From Mycobacterium tuberculosis H37Rv (GTDB taxonomy: Bacteria > Actinomycetota > Actinomycetes > Mycobacteriales > Mycobacteriaceae), in the NCBI RefSeq assembly GCF_000195955.2, contig NC_000962.3:1110001-1142000 (forward strand): a stretch of DNA of 32,000 nucleotides. Direction: 5' to 3'. Below, one piece after another: positions 8,428 through 17,028 of this stretch. The notes below the pieces were generated by a model. It was not told where the DNA came from. It saw only the letters and a list, made by a program, of their open reading frames with translations, and searched no databases. A program made the position numbers and the translations under genes. How positions within the stretch are numbered: position 1 is the stretch's first letter; every line of letters begins with the position of its first letter.

Positions 8428-9996
8428 TCACCGCCAGCTGGGCAGCCAGATCTCCAGGTTCCAGGTCTGTTGTGAGATTGGCAGACCGGTGAGCACCGGA
8501 TACAGCCACGCAAAGTTCGTCACCACGAGGGCCACGTAGCAGCAGACGACGATCAGCCCCAGTGTGCGTCGTTCGGAGCCCTGACCGGGGTGATAGAGGA
8601 TATCGCCGAGAACCAGCGAAATGCCCATCACCAGAAATGGCGCCATGGTCGCTGCGTAGAAGAAGTACATCTGCCGGTCGATGTCGGCGAACCACGGCAG
8701 CCAACCGGCGCAGTAGCCGACCAGGACCACCGCATAACGCCAGTCCCGGCGCACAAACATACGCCACCCCGCGTATGCCAGGACTGGCACCGCCAGCCAC
8801 CACATCGCGGGCGTGCCGACCAGCATCTCGGCCTTGACGCACGACTGTGCGCCGCAGCCTGCAACGTCTTGCTGGTCGATGGCGTACAGCACCGGCCGCA
8901 ACGACATGGGCCAGGTCCACGGTTTGGATTCCCAAGGGTGGTAGTTGCCTGCGGAATTCGTCAGGCCCGCGTGGAAGTGGAACGCTTTGGCGGTGTAGTG
9001 CCAGAGCGAGCGCACGGCGTCGGGCAGCGGAACAACCGAGTTGCGACCGACCGCTTGACCGACCGCATGCCGATCGATCGCGGTCTCGGACGCGAACCAC
9101 GGAGCGTAGGTGGCCAGATAGACCGCGAACGGGATCAACCCCAGCGCATACCCGCTGGGAAGCACGTCACGCCGCACTGTCCCCAGCCACGGTCTTTGCA
9201 CTTGGTACTGACGTCGCGCCGCCACGTCGAACGCCAGCGCCATCGCGCCGAAGAACAGCACGAAGTACACGCCGGACCACTTGGTGGCGCAAGCCAATCC
9301 CAGCAGCACCCCGGCGCCGAACCGCCACCAGCGCACACCCACCCGCGGTCCCCACACGGTGGCGGCGCTGCGGCCGGCCAGCAGAGCGATGTGCATCCGT
9401 TCGCGAACCTGATCGCGGTCGACGATGAGCGCGCCGAACGCCGCGACGACGAAGAACGTCAGGAAGCCGTCCAGCAGCGCGGTCCGCGCGGTGACGAAGC
9501 TGACCCCGTCGCAGATCAGCAGCACCCCGGCGATGGCGCCGACCAATGTCGACCGGCTGATCCGCCGCACGATCCGCACCACCAGCGCCACCAGGACCAC
9601 ACCCAGCAGGGCGCCGGTGAACCGCCAGCCGAATCCGTTGTAACCGAAGATGGCCTCCCCGATCGCGATCAGCTGCTTACCGACCGGCGGGTGAACCACC
9701 AGGCCGTACCCGGGGTTGTCTTCCACCCCATGGTTGTTCAGCACCTGCCAGGCCTGGGGTGCGTAATGCTTCTCGTCGAAGATGGGGGTGCCGGCATCGG
9801 TCAGCGAGCCCAGGTTCAGGAACCGGGTCACCGTGGCCAGCAGCGTGATCAGGCCGGTCACGATCCAGCCGCGTAACCGGTCCAGGGGCCCGAAATCCGC
9901 GACCGGCACCAGCGGGCCGGGGCTGACGACGGGTACCACAGGCTCCTCGGGGCGGTCCTTGGCCAGGACACAGGATTCTGGGGGCCGGGCGGTCAT
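8428..9996 (-). CDS. pmt: Protein O-mannosyltransferase (GT39/PMT family); 522 aa from ATG 9996, or 503 aa from GTG 9939
   Basis: Multi-TM protein with the loop-1 DE motif (IFDEKHYA). ORF open to 10248, but that extension crosses the rsmI start. ATG 9996 has leaderless promoter geometry. GTG 9939 has a GAGGAG Shine-Dalgarno 3 nt upstream. Confidence 0.9.
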   Translation of the reverse strand: MTARPPESCVLAKDRPEEPVVPVVSPGPLVPVADFGPLDRLRGWIVTGLITLLATVTRFLNLGSLTDAGTPIFDEKHYAPQAWQVLNNHGVEDNPGYGLVVHPPVGKQLIAIGEAIFGYNGFGWRFTGALLGVVLVALVVRIVRRISRSTLVGAIAGVLLICDGVSFVTARTALLDGFLTFFVVAAFGALIVDRDQVRERMHIALLAGRSAATVWGPRVGVRWWRFGAGVLLGLACATKWSGVYFVLFFGAMALAFDVAARRQYQVQRPWLGTVRRDVLPSGYALGLIPFAVYLATYAPWFASETAIDRHAVGQAVGRNSVVPLPDAVRSLWHYTAKAFHFHAGLTNSAGNYHPWESKPWTWPMSLRPVLYAIDQQDVAGCGAQSCVKAEMLVGTPAMWWLAVPVLAYAGWRMFVRRDWRYAVVLVGYCAGWLPWFADIDRQMYFFYAATMAPFLVMGISLVLGDILYHPGQGSERRTLGLIVVCCYVALVVTNFAWLYPVLTGLPISQQTWNLEIWLPSWR

Positions 9997-10004
9997 CGGT
10001 GTCG

Positions 10005-10014
10005 ATCGTAGGCT
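10005..10014. promoter_or_regulatory. Symmetric bidirectional -10 element ATCGTAGGCT (TAGGCT on +, TACGAT on -)
   Basis: Both strands read TANNNT and share the central TA. ATG 10022 (rsmI) is 7 nt downstream. ATG 9996 (pmt frame) is 8 nt downstream on the other strand. Confidence 0.45.
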
Positions 10015-10021
10015 GTCCGTC

Positions 10022-10879
10022 ATGTCCTCTGGTCGCCTGTTGCTCGGCGCCACCCCGCTGGGCCAGCCGTCGGATGCGTCACCACGCCTGGCGGCCGCGT
10101 TGGCCACCGCCGATGTGGTGGCGGCCGAGGACACCCGGCGGGTGCGGAAATTGGCCAAGGCTCTTGACATCCGGATTGGTGGACGGGTGGTCAGCCTGTT
10201 CGACCGGGTGGAGGCGTTGCGCGTGACGGCCCTTCTCGACGCGATCAATAACGGTGCGACGGTGCTGGTGGTCAGTGACGCCGGGACCCCGGTGATCAGC
10301 GATCCCGGCTATCGGCTGGTCGCGGCGTGCATCGACGCGGGGGTTTCGGTGACGTGTTTACCCGGGCCGTCCGCGGTGACCACCGCGCTGGTGATGTCCG
10401 GTCTGCCGGCGGAGAAGTTCTGCTTCGAGGGTTTCGCCCCGCGCAAGGGTGCGGCGCGCCGGGCCTGGCTGGCCGAACTGGCCGAGGAGCGGCGCACCTG
10501 TGTTTTCTTCGAATCCCCGCGCCGGTTGGCTGCGTGCCTTAACGATGCCGTCGAGCAGCTCGGTGGTGCCCGTCCGGCGGCGATCTGCCGGGAGCTGACC
10601 AAGGTGCATGAGGAAGTGGTGCGCGGATCGCTTGACGAGTTGGCGATCTGGGCGGCCGGTGGTGTGCTCGGCGAGATCACCGTGGTGGTGGCGGGCGCCG
10701 CCCCCCACGCCGAACTGTCGTCGCTGATAGCCCAAGTGGAGGAGTTCGTCGCGGCGGGTATTCGTGTCAAGGACGCCTGCAGCGAGGTAGCGGCGGCACA
10801 TCCGGGGGTGCGCACCCGCCAGCTTTACGACGCGGTGCTGCAATCACGGCGGGAAACCGGCGGGCCAGCGCAGCCGTAG
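10022..10879 (+). CDS. rsmI: 16S rRNA (cytidine-2'-O)-methyltransferase RsmI (285 aa)
   Basis: ATG 10022 within ORF 9782..10879. Tetrapyrrole-methylase fold motifs (LLLGATPLG, SDAGTPVISDPG). Confidence 0.92.
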   Translation: MSSGRLLLGATPLGQPSDASPRLAAALATADVVAAEDTRRVRKLAKALDIRIGGRVVSLFDRVEALRVTALLDAINNGATVLVVSDAGTPVISDPGYRLVAACIDAGVSVTCLPGPSAVTTALVMSGLPAEKFCFEGFAPRKGAARRAWLAELAEERRTCVFFESPRRLAACLNDAVEQLGGARPAAICRELTKVHEEVVRGSLDELAIWAAGGVLGEITVVVAGAAPHAELSSLIAQVEEFVAAGIRVKDACSEVAAAHPGVRTRQLYDAVLQSRRETGGPAQP

Positions 10880-10888
10880 TCGGTCAGG

Positions 10889-12112
10889 TTAGGGGATACA
10901 CACCCCGATGGGACCGAATCCGGGTGTGCACAGACGCGACGGGAGCGCCGGCAGCGGAGGCGGTCCCGGCAGTGGGGGAGGTGCCGGCAATGCGGGCACG
11001 GCCGGTAACGGCGGCAGACCCGCTGGCAGTGCCGGCAGGCCGGCCGCCAGCGCCGGCAGCGCCGCAGCCAGCGCCGCAGGATCCACGCCTGGCAGCGCCG
11101 GGAGGCCCGGCGGTAGACCACCTGCCGCCAGCGCCGGCAGCGCCGCAGCCAGCGTCGCCGGATCCACCCCCGCCAGACCAGCCGGCAGACCAGCGGCCGC
11201 CAGCATCGGCAGACCACCTGCCACCAGCGCCGTCAGCTCCGCCGGCGACATCCCCGCCAGACCCGGCAAACTCGTCGGCAGACCGGCCGCGGCCGCCATC
11301 GCCATCAGGTCGGTCGGCGACACACCTGGCAGACTCGGAAAACCCACGCCTGGCAGGCCGGCGGCCGCCGCCATCGCGAGCAGACTCGCCGGCGTCACGC
11401 CCGGCAGGGCGGGCAGCCCCACAGCCGGCAGAGCGGCCGCCGCCGATTGCGCCCCGGGCAGCAGCAGGGAGGCCACCGTGCTGGCTGTTCCGCGGGCCGT
11501 CGGCAGGATGCCGGAAGACTCCAGCGCGTTAACCGCAAGCACGAGATAGGTGACGGCCACCGCGCTCGCGGTCACCACCCCCGCCGCCGTGCCTCCCACA
11601 CCCAGGACACCGTTCACGACCGCGGCAGCGGTGTTCACCCCGGTGATTGGGTCGGGTACGCCGGGGATGCCGATGCCCGGGATGCCGATGCCCGGGATGC
11701 CGATGCCCGGGATGCCGACGCCAGGTACGCTCGGCGCGGCCAGGTTCGGCAGGGCCGGTGGGGGAGGCAGGGCCGGGCCGGCCGCACCGGGAATGTTGGG
11801 TAGGCCGGGAACGGCTGGCGGGCCCACCCTGGGCACGGCGGCAGCCGCCGGTACACCCGGCCGCGGAACCAATCCCGGCGCGATCGTGTCGGCGACCGGC
11901 TCGAACGGCGCCGGCACCGCGTGCTCCGCTGCGGCCGGCCCCGATGGTGTCGCGGTGTCGGGCATCAGGACCGCAGCCAGCCGATCGCACTGCTGGCCGG
12001 CGCTGCAGGTGCCGCCCGCGACCCGCTCCGGGGTGGACAACGTCAACGGTGCCACCGCCAGCGTTCCCCCTATCGCGGCAGCAGCCGCGGTGCCCACGAT
12101 CGCGAGTCTCAT
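10889..12112 (-). CDS. Pro/Ala/Gly/Leu-rich repetitive envelope protein (407 aa) with signal peptide and central TM segment
   Basis: ATG 12112 is preceded by GAGAGGGG 6 nt upstream. N-terminus MRLAIVGTAAAAAIGGTLAVAPL. The GIPGI pentapeptide array, the hydrophobic core VTASAVAVTYLVLAVNAL and about five LPALPGVxPxxLxAxAAAAG modules follow. C-terminus CTPGFGPIGVC. Confidence 0.85.
   Translation of the reverse strand: MRLAIVGTAAAAAIGGTLAVAPLTLSTPERVAGGTCSAGQQCDRLAAVLMPDTATPSGPAAAEHAVPAPFEPVADTIAPGLVPRPGVPAAAAVPRVGPPAVPGLPNIPGAAGPALPPPPALPNLAAPSVPGVGIPGIGIPGIGIPGIGIPGVPDPITGVNTAAAVVNGVLGVGGTAAGVVTASAVAVTYLVLAVNALESSGILPTARGTASTVASLLLPGAQSAAAALPAVGLPALPGVTPASLLAMAAAAGLPGVGFPSLPGVSPTDLMAMAAAAGLPTSLPGLAGMSPAELTALVAGGLPMLAAAGLPAGLAGVDPATLAAALPALAAGGLPPGLPALPGVDPAALAAALPALAAGLPALPAGLPPLPAVPALPAPPPLPGPPPLPALPSRLCTPGFGPIGVCIP
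11044..11205. repeat. 81-bp (27-codon) tandem duplication; first ~52 bp of each copy near-identical
   Basis: 11044..11095 and 11125..11176 differ at ~4 positions by manual alignment. More diverged copies continue to ~11440. Confidence 0.8.
11664..11723. repeat. 15-bp tandem repeat GGGATGCCGATGCCC x4 (3 perfect, 1 diverged) encoding (IPGIG)n
   Basis: Read directly. It is in frame on the minus strand (GIPGIGIPGIGIPGIGIPGV). Confidence 0.95.
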
Positions 12113-12221
12113 TACAAACCCCTCTCGAACTCGACACGAGATAGACACGCGTCGATGGCCCGAGCTTAGGCGCACCCGGCACACCATGTGGGCGTTATGC
12201 CAATTTCCGCCGCCCGCTGGG

Positions 12222-13598
12222 CTACCGCACTTTGCTGGCTAACCGAGCCGGGGTGGTGCGCGTGGCGGCCGGCAGCCCGACGATGGGAGCGGCTTTGTGC
12301 AGGCACTCCGCCCATTCGGCGTCCGGATCGGAGTCGGCGGTGATCCCGCCGCCAACGCCCAGCACGGCGTTGCCTGCGGTATCGAATTCGACGGTGCGGA
12401 TTGCGACGTTGAGCTCGCATCCGGCGACCGGTGACGCCAAACCGACTGTGCCGCAATATATCCCGCGGCGATATCGCTCCCATTGTGAAATCAATTGGCG
12501 AGCCCGCAGTTTAGGTGTGCCGGTGACCGAGGCCGGCGGGAAGGCGGCGTCGAGCAGCGCTGACATCGGTTCCTCGAGCGGAACCCGCGCCGACACCGTG
12601 GACACCAGGTGCCACACTCCCGGCGCTGGTCGCACCACCAACAGCTCGGGCACCGTCACGGTACCGGTAACCGCTACCCGGCCGAGGTCGTTGCGGACCA
12701 GATCCACGATCATGATGTTCTCGGCCACCTCTTTGGCCGATGCCCGCAGCGCCGACGGCGGGGCGTCCAGCGGCAGCGTGCCCTTGATCGGGCTCGATGT
12801 CACCACGGACCCGCGGCGGCGCAGGAATAGCTCCGGGGATAGCGATGCGACGGCTCCCCACGGTCCGGCGACAAAGGCGGACCGGGACGGAGCGGTACGA
12901 CCGAACCCGTCGATGAAGAAGTCCAGCGGGGATCCGGTGACCGTCCCGGCGAATTGGGTGCACACGCACGCTTGATAGACCTCGCCCGCGCCGATAGCTT
13001 CCAGACACGCCAGTACCCCGTCGCGGTGCGCTGCCCGGTCGGCCGGTTCCCAGTCGATCCGGCATGCCGGTGCCGGTCTGGCGACCGATGCCCGAGTGGT
13101 CGCCAACGCGCTGGCCAGCCAGTCCGCTATCGGCGCACCGGACAGGCTCTCATACCACCACTGGCCGTCGCGGTCGCGGCGCAGCACGCAATCGGTCCAG
13201 CCGCCGGCGGCCTCGGGGATCCGGTGGGGTCGCCCGTCGGCGCCGGCGTCCGGGTAGGACAGGTAGCCGACCCAGCCGCCGCCCACCGCCCCGGTGGCAT
13301 CGGGCCCGCCGGTGCCCGGCGGGCCCGAGAACACGTCGTCGCCGCTGACCGGTTGTATAGACACACTCGGTGCGATCACCGCCAGCGCACCGAACCATTC
13401 GCCGGTCAGCGCCGCCGGTGGTGGCAAGTCGAGTCGACTGGTGGCGCGGCCGACCGCCCGCAGCACCGCAGGCGCTCCGCCAAGATCGCCGAGTCGGTCG
13501 ATTCGCACCGTTCTAGCTTGACAGAACTGTGGATTTTCGCAGCGCAAGTGGCTGCGTGGGGATTTCGTCCGCGTGCTAAGCTCCCACGCTAAGTTCAA
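12222..13598 (-). CDS. pabB: Aminodeoxychorismate synthase component I (458 aa from TTG 13598)
   Basis: Chorismate-binding enzyme motifs (PPASVTGTPKLRA, IYCGTVG). ORF open to 13874. The start is uncertain: TTG 13598, or GTG 13508 just before the conserved core. Confidence 0.9.
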   Translation of the reverse strand: MNLAWELSTRTKSPRSHLRCENPQFCQARTVRIDRLGDLGGAPAVLRAVGRATSRLDLPPPAALTGEWFGALAVIAPSVSIQPVSGDDVFSGPPGTGGPDATGAVGGGWVGYLSYPDAGADGRPHRIPEAAGGWTDCVLRRDRDGQWWYESLSGAPIADWLASALATTRASVARPAPACRIDWEPADRAAHRDGVLACLEAIGAGEVYQACVCTQFAGTVTGSPLDFFIDGFGRTAPSRSAFVAGPWGAVASLSPELFLRRRGSVVTSSPIKGTLPLDAPPSALRASAKEVAENIMIVDLVRNDLGRVAVTGTVTVPELLVVRPAPGVWHLVSTVSARVPLEEPMSALLDAAFPPASVTGTPKLRARQLISQWERYRRGIYCGTVGLASPVAGCELNVAIRTVEFDTAGNAVLGVGGGITADSDPDAEWAECLHKAAPIVGLPAATRTTPARLASKVR

Positions 13599-13713
13599 TC
13601 CGTGACCGGCTCCGGTCTCCGTCCCGGGGGGTGTTGCTGTGCGAGCAGCCAATGCCAATGCCGTTTCTCGCTGACCGCGAGACGTTGACGCTCGGTGTGA
13701 TCTTGAAGTAGCG

Positions 13714-15417
13714 ATGGTTTTAAGAAGTAGGAAAAGCACGCTCGGCGTTGTCGTGTGCTTAGCGCTGGTGCTCGGTGGGCCGCTCAACGGTTGCAGCAGC
13801 AGCGCGAGCCACCGCGGTCCACTGAACGCAATGGGAAGTCCGGCCATACCGTCGACGGCGCAGGAGATACCCAACCCGTTGCGCGGTCAGTACGAAGACC
13901 TCATGGAACCGCTGTTTCCGCAGGGGAACCCCGCGCAGCAACGCTATCCGCCTTGGCCCGCGTCCTACGACGCGAGTTTGCGAGTCTCCTGGCGGCAGCT
14001 GCAGCCTACGGATCCGCGCACTCTGCCCCCGGATGCTCCGGACGACCGCAAGTACGACTTCAGCGTGATCGACAACGCGTTGACCAGGCTCGCCGACCGC
14101 GGCATGCGGCTGACGCTGCGGGTGTACGCCTACAGCTCGTGCTGCAAGGCTTCCTATCCGGACGGCACTAACATCGCGATTCCCGACTGGGAGCGCGCTA
14201 TCGCCAGCACCAACACCAGTTATCCAGGGCCGGCGACCGATCCCTCGACCGGGGTGGTGCAGGTGGTGCCGAATTTCAACGATTCGACCTATCTTAACGA
14301 TTTTGCGCAGTTGCTCGCCGCGCTTGGTCGCCGCTACGACGGTGACGAGCGCCTCAGCGTGTTCGAGTTCTCCGGGTACGGGGACTTCAGCGAAAATCAC
14401 GTCGCATACCTGCGCGACACGCTCGGTGCGCCGGGTCCGGGCCCGGATGAAAGCGTGGCGACCCTGGGCTATTACAGCCAGTTCCGTGATCAGAACATCA
14501 CCACCGCGTCCATCAAACAGCTAATCGCGGCGAACGTCAGCGCCTTCCCGCATACCCAACTGGTGACCAGTCCCGCTAATCCGGAAATCGTGCGAGAACT
14601 GTTCGCCGACGAGGTCACCAACAAGCTTGCCGCGCCGGTGGGTGTCCGCTCGGATTGCCTGGGCGTCGACGCGCCGTTGCCGGCCTGGGCCGAGTCCAGC
14701 ACTTCGCACTATGTGCAGACCAAAGACCCGGTGGTCGCCGCGCTGCGGCAGCGGCTGGCAACGGCGCCGGTGATCACCGAGTGGTGCGAGTTGCCGACCG
14801 GCAGTTCGCCGCGGGCTTACTACGAGAAGGGCCTGCGCGACGTCATCAGGTATCACGTGTCGATGACGTCGAGCGTTAACTTCCCCGACCAGACGGCGAC
14901 CTCGCCGATGGACCCCGCGTTGTACCTGGTGTGGGCGCAAGCTAACGCCGCCGCAGGCTATCGGTACTCGGTCGAAGCGCAGCCGGGGTCGCAAGCGCTA
15001 GCGGGCAAGGTCGCGACGATCTCGGTCACCTGGACCAACTACGGCGCTGCTGCCGCCACCGAAAAGTGGGTGCCCGGCTACCGGCTGGTGGATTCCACCG
15101 GACAGGTGGTTCGGACGCTGCCGGCAGCGGTGGACCTGAAGACGCTGGTCTCCGACCAGCGCGGCGATCGCAGCAGCGACCAGCCGACACCGGCGTCGGT
15201 CGCCGAGACGGTTCGCGTTGATCTGTCCGGCTTGCCCGCGGGCCACTACACGCTGCGGGCCGCGATCGACTGGCAACAGCACAAACCGAACGGCTCCCAT
15301 GTGGTGAACTATCCGCCCATGCTGTTGTCCCGCGACGGCCGCGACGATTCCGGGTTTTATCCCGTCGCCACGCTCGACATCCCACGCGACGCGCAGACCG
15401 CGGTCAACGCTTCGTAG
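13714..15417 (+). CDS. Secreted (possibly lipidated) protein with glycoside-hydrolase-like TIM-barrel features (567 aa)
   Basis: ATG ORF. Signal peptide MVLRSRKSTLGVVVCLALVLGGPLNGC|SS. The segment LRVSWRQLQP...KYDFSVIDNALTRLADRGMRLTLRV resembles the W-x-x-L-E-P / Y-D-F...L-D start of GH-A clan barrels. Confidence 0.85.
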   Translation: MVLRSRKSTLGVVVCLALVLGGPLNGCSSSASHRGPLNAMGSPAIPSTAQEIPNPLRGQYEDLMEPLFPQGNPAQQRYPPWPASYDASLRVSWRQLQPTDPRTLPPDAPDDRKYDFSVIDNALTRLADRGMRLTLRVYAYSSCCKASYPDGTNIAIPDWERAIASTNTSYPGPATDPSTGVVQVVPNFNDSTYLNDFAQLLAALGRRYDGDERLSVFEFSGYGDFSENHVAYLRDTLGAPGPGPDESVATLGYYSQFRDQNITTASIKQLIAANVSAFPHTQLVTSPANPEIVRELFADEVTNKLAAPVGVRSDCLGVDAPLPAWAESSTSHYVQTKDPVVAALRQRLATAPVITEWCELPTGSSPRAYYEKGLRDVIRYHVSMTSSVNFPDQTATSPMDPALYLVWAQANAAAGYRYSVEAQPGSQALAGKVATISVTWTNYGAAAATEKWVPGYRLVDSTGQVVRTLPAAVDLKTLVSDQRGDRSSDQPTPASVAETVRVDLSGLPAGHYTLRAAIDWQQHKPNGSHVVNYPPMLLSRDGRDDSGFYPVATLDIPRDAQTAVNAS

Positions 15418-15443
15418 GTGGCTTTCCCGTCGCTGCGGTCCGC

Positions 15444-17003
15444 TCACTTGCCTTCGGGTGGTTGCGGCGGCTGGTAGCGGGGAAATACCCCGGTGGGCGG
15501 CGGCAGCGCTGTGCCGGGGGTCAGCCGAACACCTACGGCGGCGAACGACCGCTGGTTTGGGGCCTGGCCGAGCAGGTCCAAAATTTTGCCGGCCGACTCC
15601 GGCATCACCGGCTGGATCAGCAGTGCCGCGATGCGGACTACCTCGCAGGTGACGTAGAGCGTGGTGCGGAACCGGGCCTGATCGGCTTCGGACTCGCTCT
15701 TGCGCAGTACCCACGGCTGCTGCACCGAAAAGTACTTGTTCGCGTCGCCGAGCATCAGCCAGATCGCCTCCAGCGCCAGGTGCATCGCCTGTGCGTCGAA
15801 GTGACCGCGCACTCGCTCCAACAAGCCATCGGCGGTCGCAAGCAGCGCGGCGTCGGCGTCGGCGAACTCACCCGGGTTGGGCACCCTGCCGTCAAGGTTT
15901 TTGGCCACCATCGACAACGAGCGTTGGGCCAAGTTGCCGAGCTCGTTGGCCAGATCGGTGTTGATCCGAGTGACGATGGCCTCGTCGCTGTAACTGCCGT
16001 CCTGGCCGAACGGGACCTCCCGCAACAGGAAGTAGCGGACCTGGTCCACCCCGAGCGCTTCCGCCAGGGCAACCGGGTCGACGATGTTGCCCACCGATTT
16101 ACTCATCTTCTCGCCGCGGTTGTGCAAGAACCCGTGCGCGAAGATCCTTCGCGGCAACTCGATTCCGGCTGACATCAAAAACGCCGGCCAATAGACGGCA
16201 TGAAACCTGATGATGTCCTTGCCGATCATGTGCAAATCGGCGGGCCAGTAGCGGCGGAACAACTCCGAGTCGGTATCCGGGAAGCCCGCCCCGGTCAGGT
16301 AATTGGTCAGCGCGTCGACCCAGACGTACATGACGTGGTCGGGGTGCTCGGGCACCTGCACACCCCAGTCAAACGAGGTGCGCGAGATCGACAGGTCGTC
16401 CAGGCCGCCGGAGACGAAGCTGATCACTTCGTTGCGCCGCGTCTCCGGCGCGATGAAGTCGGGGTTGGCGTGATAGTGGGCCAGCAGCTTGTCGGTATAG
16501 GCCGACAGCCGGAAGAAGTAGGTCTGCTCCTCGGTCCAGGTCACCGGCGTGCCGGTCTCTACCGTCAGGCGCGTGCCGTCGACAAGTTGGGTCTCCGATT
16601 CGACGAAGAACCGCTCGTCGCGCACCGAGTACCACCCGGAATAGTTGTCCAGATAGATGTCGCCGGCCGCCGACATCCGTCGCCAGAGTTCCTTGGACGC
16701 CTCGTGGTGGTCGGCATCGGTAGTGCGGATGAATCGGTCGAAGGAGATGTTCAGCGCCTCCTGCATGCGCTGAAACACGTCGGAATTGCGCCGGGCAAGC
16801 GCCGCGGTGGGCACGCCCGCTGCCGCGGCGGCTTGTGCGACCTTCAGGCCATGCTCGTCGGTCCCGGTCAGGAAGCGCACGTCATAGCGATCCAGCCGTT
16901 TGAACCGGGCGATCGCGTCGGTGGCGATGTATTCGTAGGCGTGACCTACGTGGGGTGCAGCGTTGGGATATGCGATCGCGGTGGTGACGTAATAGGGCTT
17001 CAT
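15444..17003 (-). CDS. metS: Methionine--tRNA ligase (519 aa)
   Basis: ATG ORF. Class I signatures HVGH (PHVGHAYE) and KMSKS. Confidence 0.97.
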   Translation of the reverse strand: MKPYYVTTAIAYPNAAPHVGHAYEYIATDAIARFKRLDRYDVRFLTGTDEHGLKVAQAAAAAGVPTAALARRNSDVFQRMQEALNISFDRFIRTTDADHHEASKELWRRMSAAGDIYLDNYSGWYSVRDERFFVESETQLVDGTRLTVETGTPVTWTEEQTYFFRLSAYTDKLLAHYHANPDFIAPETRRNEVISFVSGGLDDLSISRTSFDWGVQVPEHPDHVMYVWVDALTNYLTGAGFPDTDSELFRRYWPADLHMIGKDIIRFHAVYWPAFLMSAGIELPRRIFAHGFLHNRGEKMSKSVGNIVDPVALAEALGVDQVRYFLLREVPFGQDGSYSDEAIVTRINTDLANELGNLAQRSLSMVAKNLDGRVPNPGEFADADAALLATADGLLERVRGHFDAQAMHLALEAIWLMLGDANKYFSVQQPWVLRKSESEADQARFRTTLYVTCEVVRIAALLIQPVMPESAGKILDLLGQAPNQRSFAAVGVRLTPGTALPPPTGVFPRYQPPQPPEGK

Positions 17004-17012
17004 TTCGACACC

Positions 17013-17022
17013 ACCCTATTGT
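17013..17022. promoter_or_regulatory. Symmetric bidirectional -10 element ACCCTATTGT (TATTGT on +, TAGGGT on -)
   Basis: TATTGT, then 6 nt, then the G of GTG 17029 at the predicted +1. On the other strand TAGGGT, then 9 nt, then ATG 17003 (predicted 3-nt leader). Confidence 0.45.
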
Positions 17023-17028
17023 GTGCGG

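Noticed and set aside
8590-9876. 428-aa plus-strand ORF
   Set aside because: It is antisense to the well-supported pmt gene. The translation is Arg/Pro/His/Gly-rich junk, typical of high-GC shadow frames.
9997-10248. 84-codon upstream extension of the pmt ORF (606-aa version)
   Set aside because: It crosses the rsmI start and coding region, has Arg/Ser/Thr-rich non-membrane composition, and has no start-site support.
10908-11549. 213-aa and 202-aa plus-strand ORFs rich in Ala/Gly/Pro/Arg
   Set aside because: They are shadows created by the GC-rich repeats of the minus-strand 10889..12112 gene, which has a signal peptide, a strong Shine-Dalgarno and coherent repeat modules.
11664-11723. Short tandem repeats considered as a CRISPR array
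   Set aside because: The units are 15 bp with no spacers, lie in frame inside a CDS, and no cas genes are present. This is a coding VNTR.
13626-13631. G6 and C6 homopolymer runs (also 10701-10706) as phase-variation tracts
   Set aside because: They are shorter than the 7-nt or longer tracts known to slip in M. tuberculosis. One is intergenic or in an uncertain N-terminal extension, and the other encodes an ordinary Ala-Pro-His stretch.
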